Shown here: one piece after another, positions 61,867 to 64,000 of the stretch
Layout of the letters: the number at the start of each line of letters is the position of its first letter
Position numbering within the stretch: position 1 is the first letter of the stretch
NCBI GenBank assembly: GCA_037305845.1
Contig: CP147778.1
Coordinates: 3,328,001 to 3,392,000 of the forward strand
Source of the DNA: Candidatus Freyarchaeum deiterrae
GTDB lineage: Archaea; Asgardarchaeota; Jordiarchaeia; Jordiarchaeales; Jordiarchaeaceae
Direction: 5' to 3'
Length of the DNA: 64,000 bases
Notes under the pieces: generated by a model
Told to the model about the DNA's origin: nothing
The model's database searches: none
Seen by the model: only the letters and a program-made list of their open reading frames with translations
Made by a program: the position numbers and the translations under genes

Positions 61867-62184
61867 TTAAAATGCAACCCATTCAACTTTACATTTTTCC
61901 CTTAGGCTTCTATCAACAATACTTTTTATCTGTGAGTACATTTCGTTTGTTTCATTACGGATTCTGTAATAATCATCTTGAGTTATGAGATGTAGACTGA
62001 GGCAGTCGATGTTTAGACTCCTTATTTTACTGCTTAAATCATGGAAGCATTCTATGCTCTGCAATAAATTGTCCAATTCGCACTGATTAGTTAAACTTTC
62101 AATTTTTGAAACCAATGCTTTTCTATCATCAATGTACTTAAAGAGTTCAGATTTATCAATCACAGAGATCACTTCCATATTCAA
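61867..62184 (-). CDS. Hypothetical protein
   Basis: 105 aa ORF with helical composition; no motif recognised. Confidence 0.5.
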   Translation of the reverse strand: MNMEVISVIDKSELFKYIDDRKALVSKIESLTNQCELDNLLQSIECFHDLSSKIRSLNIDCLSLHLITQDDYYRIRNETNEMYSQIKSIVDRSLREKCKVEWVAF

Positions 62185-62289
62185 GCCTTTACCATAATTC
62201 TCTTAGGTTAAGGAGGGGGAATGGAAATTTTGAGCCTTTTAAACATCTATTTTATTTTTGGGTGAGAAACTATTCAAGTTACTTCTTGC

Positions 62290-63054
62290 TTATAAAGCTG
62301 ACGCATTGCCAATTTTTTCCTTTTTTGACACAAAAAACCATCTTTTAGAATCCTTCACTATTTCATTGAACTTGAAATCTGAAAATTTTACAAGTATTCC
62401 AAATTGCACTTTTTTCAATAACTTCTCAATTGCGGCTAACGTATACCCTCTTTCAACATGCTTCTCGTAAAACCTCTGATACAGTCCATCCTCCTTCCTT
62501 TCAAACAAAATCAGCTCACCAATCCAAGTGTTTCGATGGTGCGAATTTAACCATATCAGCTCAGTATCCCCAATCCTATGGTAATCGTTCTTGTATGTGG
62601 GAAGAACCTCATTTATTTTGTAGTCTGAATTCATATCAAAAATGAACAAACCATCCCGATTGAGATGCCTACTCACGGATTTGAAACATTTTTGTAAATC
62701 GGATTGTTTAAGAACGTAGTTCAGCGAATCGAAAACACAAATTACTAGGTCATACTTCTTTCCGAGTTCAAAACTAATCATATTCCCATGATGAACTTTC
62801 AAACCCCTGCCCCTAGCAATATTTAACATGCTCTGAGATGAATCTAAACCCTCAACCTCATAACCAGCATCAAGAAAAAGCTTAGTTAATCTCCCCGTTC
62901 CACAAGCAAGATCCAAAATACTTTTCGGTTTGAACCTTAATTTTTTAAGAACCTTAATAATGAATCTATAGTAATCCTTGTGAAACTCGCCAGGTACAAA
63001 TGAATCAAAAACTTCGGCAAATTTTTCGTAAGGATTCTTAGCTACCACAATCAT
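62290..63054 (-). CDS. Class I SAM-dependent methyltransferase
   Basis: LDLACGTG, DSLNY, GLFIFD. Confidence 0.9.
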   Translation of the reverse strand: MIVVAKNPYEKFAEVFDSFVPGEFHKDYYRFIIKVLKKLRFKPKSILDLACGTGRLTKLFLDAGYEVEGLDSSQSMLNIARGRGLKVHHGNMISFELGKKYDLVICVFDSLNYVLKQSDLQKCFKSVSRHLNRDGLFIFDMNSDYKINEVLPTYKNDYHRIGDTELIWLNSHHRNTWIGELILFERKEDGLYQRFYEKHVERGYTLAAIEKLLKKVQFGILVKFSDFKFNEIVKDSKRWFFVSKKEKIGNASAL

Positions 63055-63320
63055 AACCTAGTAAAACTATGTTTATTAAACCTCCTAAAATTAGACAAGC
63101 CCAGCAAATAAGAACTAAAATTAACCCTCCCCATCCCCTTTGCATCTCCTGCCCCCTCCCCCTCCCCTTGCATTTCCATTCCTACCCTCTACCCCTATGA
63201 TTTTTTTAGGAGGGGAGTATAATCTCGTAACCTGCATCAATAAAATGTTGCTTTTGCTCTCGGCTATTTTTACGACCTATGGTTCAATAAAATAAAAATT
63301 ACTGTATAATTAAATAATTG

Positions 63321-64000
63321 TTATAGTTTTAAGGCGTCAAAATTGGCAGGAGGTTCGATTCCTAAATACTCACGATATATTCTAATCTTGTATTTGACAC
63401 CAATTTCATTCACAGCGTTAATGAATGCGTTATAAGTTCCCGCTCCACCAATTTTATCCCAAAAATCATTTCCAATTAATACTACCTTGTCTTTTTGCAT
63501 GTTAAACCACCGTGCTGGAAAACTCCATGAATAATTCTCTCTTGTCCCATAGGGATTGTATGGTAATGCGTAATATGCGCCGTCAATCTGTGACGGTTCC
63601 ATACAATAGAGTTTCAAGATTTTCTCCTTGCTCACTTTTGTTTGGTCACTATTTGGTAAAGGAGCTTTTAATTCGAAAGCGTATTTCTTTCCGCTTATTC
63701 TATCCTCAGCGTAAACATCGCATATGACCGATGTTGGAATTAACTCCCCTTTTCCTTTTGAGATATATTTCAATTCAGCATTCCAATCAGGTTTAATTTT
63801 CTCTTGACCTTTTTCGGAATGTTCCAATCTATTCAGAATTTCTTGAATCCGATGAAGACGTTCTTCTCTAACCATCCCGTCGATGCGATGTTCCATGTCA
63901 CCGTATCCCAACCCATAGGTTGCAGCAACAACGGCTAATTTTTCCCATACTTTTCCAAAAGGAGTAACAAAACGTCTTTCAAAGTGTGACCCTTTAAAAA
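63321..64000 (-). CDS. TdeIII/MjaII-like type II restriction endonuclease (5' end outside window)
   Basis: Frame open to window edge (ERRFVTPFGKVWEKLA); CDVY...FELKAPLPNSDQ, ALPYNPY, IGNDFWD. Confidence 0.75.
   Translation of the reverse strand, partial: FKGSHFERRFVTPFGKVWEKLAVVAATYGLGYGDMEHRIDGMVREERLHRIQEILNRLEHSEKGQEKIKPDWNAELKYISKGKGELIPTSVICDVYAEDRISGKKYAFELKAPLPNSDQTKVSKEKILKLYCMEPSQIDGAYYALPYNPYGTRENYSWSFPARWFNMQKDKVVLIGNDFWDKIGGAGTYNAFINAVNEIGVKYKIRIYREYLGIEPPANFDALKL

Noticed and set aside
277-63727. Numerous short antisense ORFs in the track (e.g. 2903, 14400, 43291, 46176)
   Set aside because: They lie opposite well-supported genes and are shadow ORFs

Overview
64 kb of AT-rich archaeal chromosome, most likely from an Asgard archaeon. 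This is inferred from Rag-type GTPase-roadblock fusions, a Rab-like GTPase, Asgard-type longin domains, a RING protein and TackOD1 domains; frequent TTG/GTG starts follow GGAGG/GGTGA SD sites. No rRNA, tRNA, CRISPR array or transposase was recognised. Layout: (1) 0.3-15.2 kb is a signalling island (wHTH protein, Rag-roadblock GTPase, TackOD1-Lrp, three KaiC/RAD55-type ATPases, Rab, longin-TackOD1 fusion, long and short membrane longin receptors). Four of its promoters carry a tandem GCGTRGWWWW box at 31-33 bp spacing. (2) An orphan glycyl radical enzyme, a receiver protein, two R-M pairs, a RING protein and an MNT-HEPN pair. (3) Metabolic and housekeeping genes (homocitrate synthase-like, beta-CASP RNase, nucleoside hydrolase, XPD). 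(4) A three-gene operon at 41.3-44.8 kb: surface protein, second Rag-roadblock GTPase, and a longin-wHTH protein whose SRN arginine falls in register with the NPRL2 (GATOR1) arginine finger. This is the best candidate for a novel system, a proto Rag-GATOR module. (5) Expansions of two Cys-rich V4R-like families with SDRs and an NTF2 dehydratase-like gene, an nth + LigD phosphoesterase pair, and a truncated TdeIII-like endonuclease. All calls come from motif reading by eye; no database searches were run.
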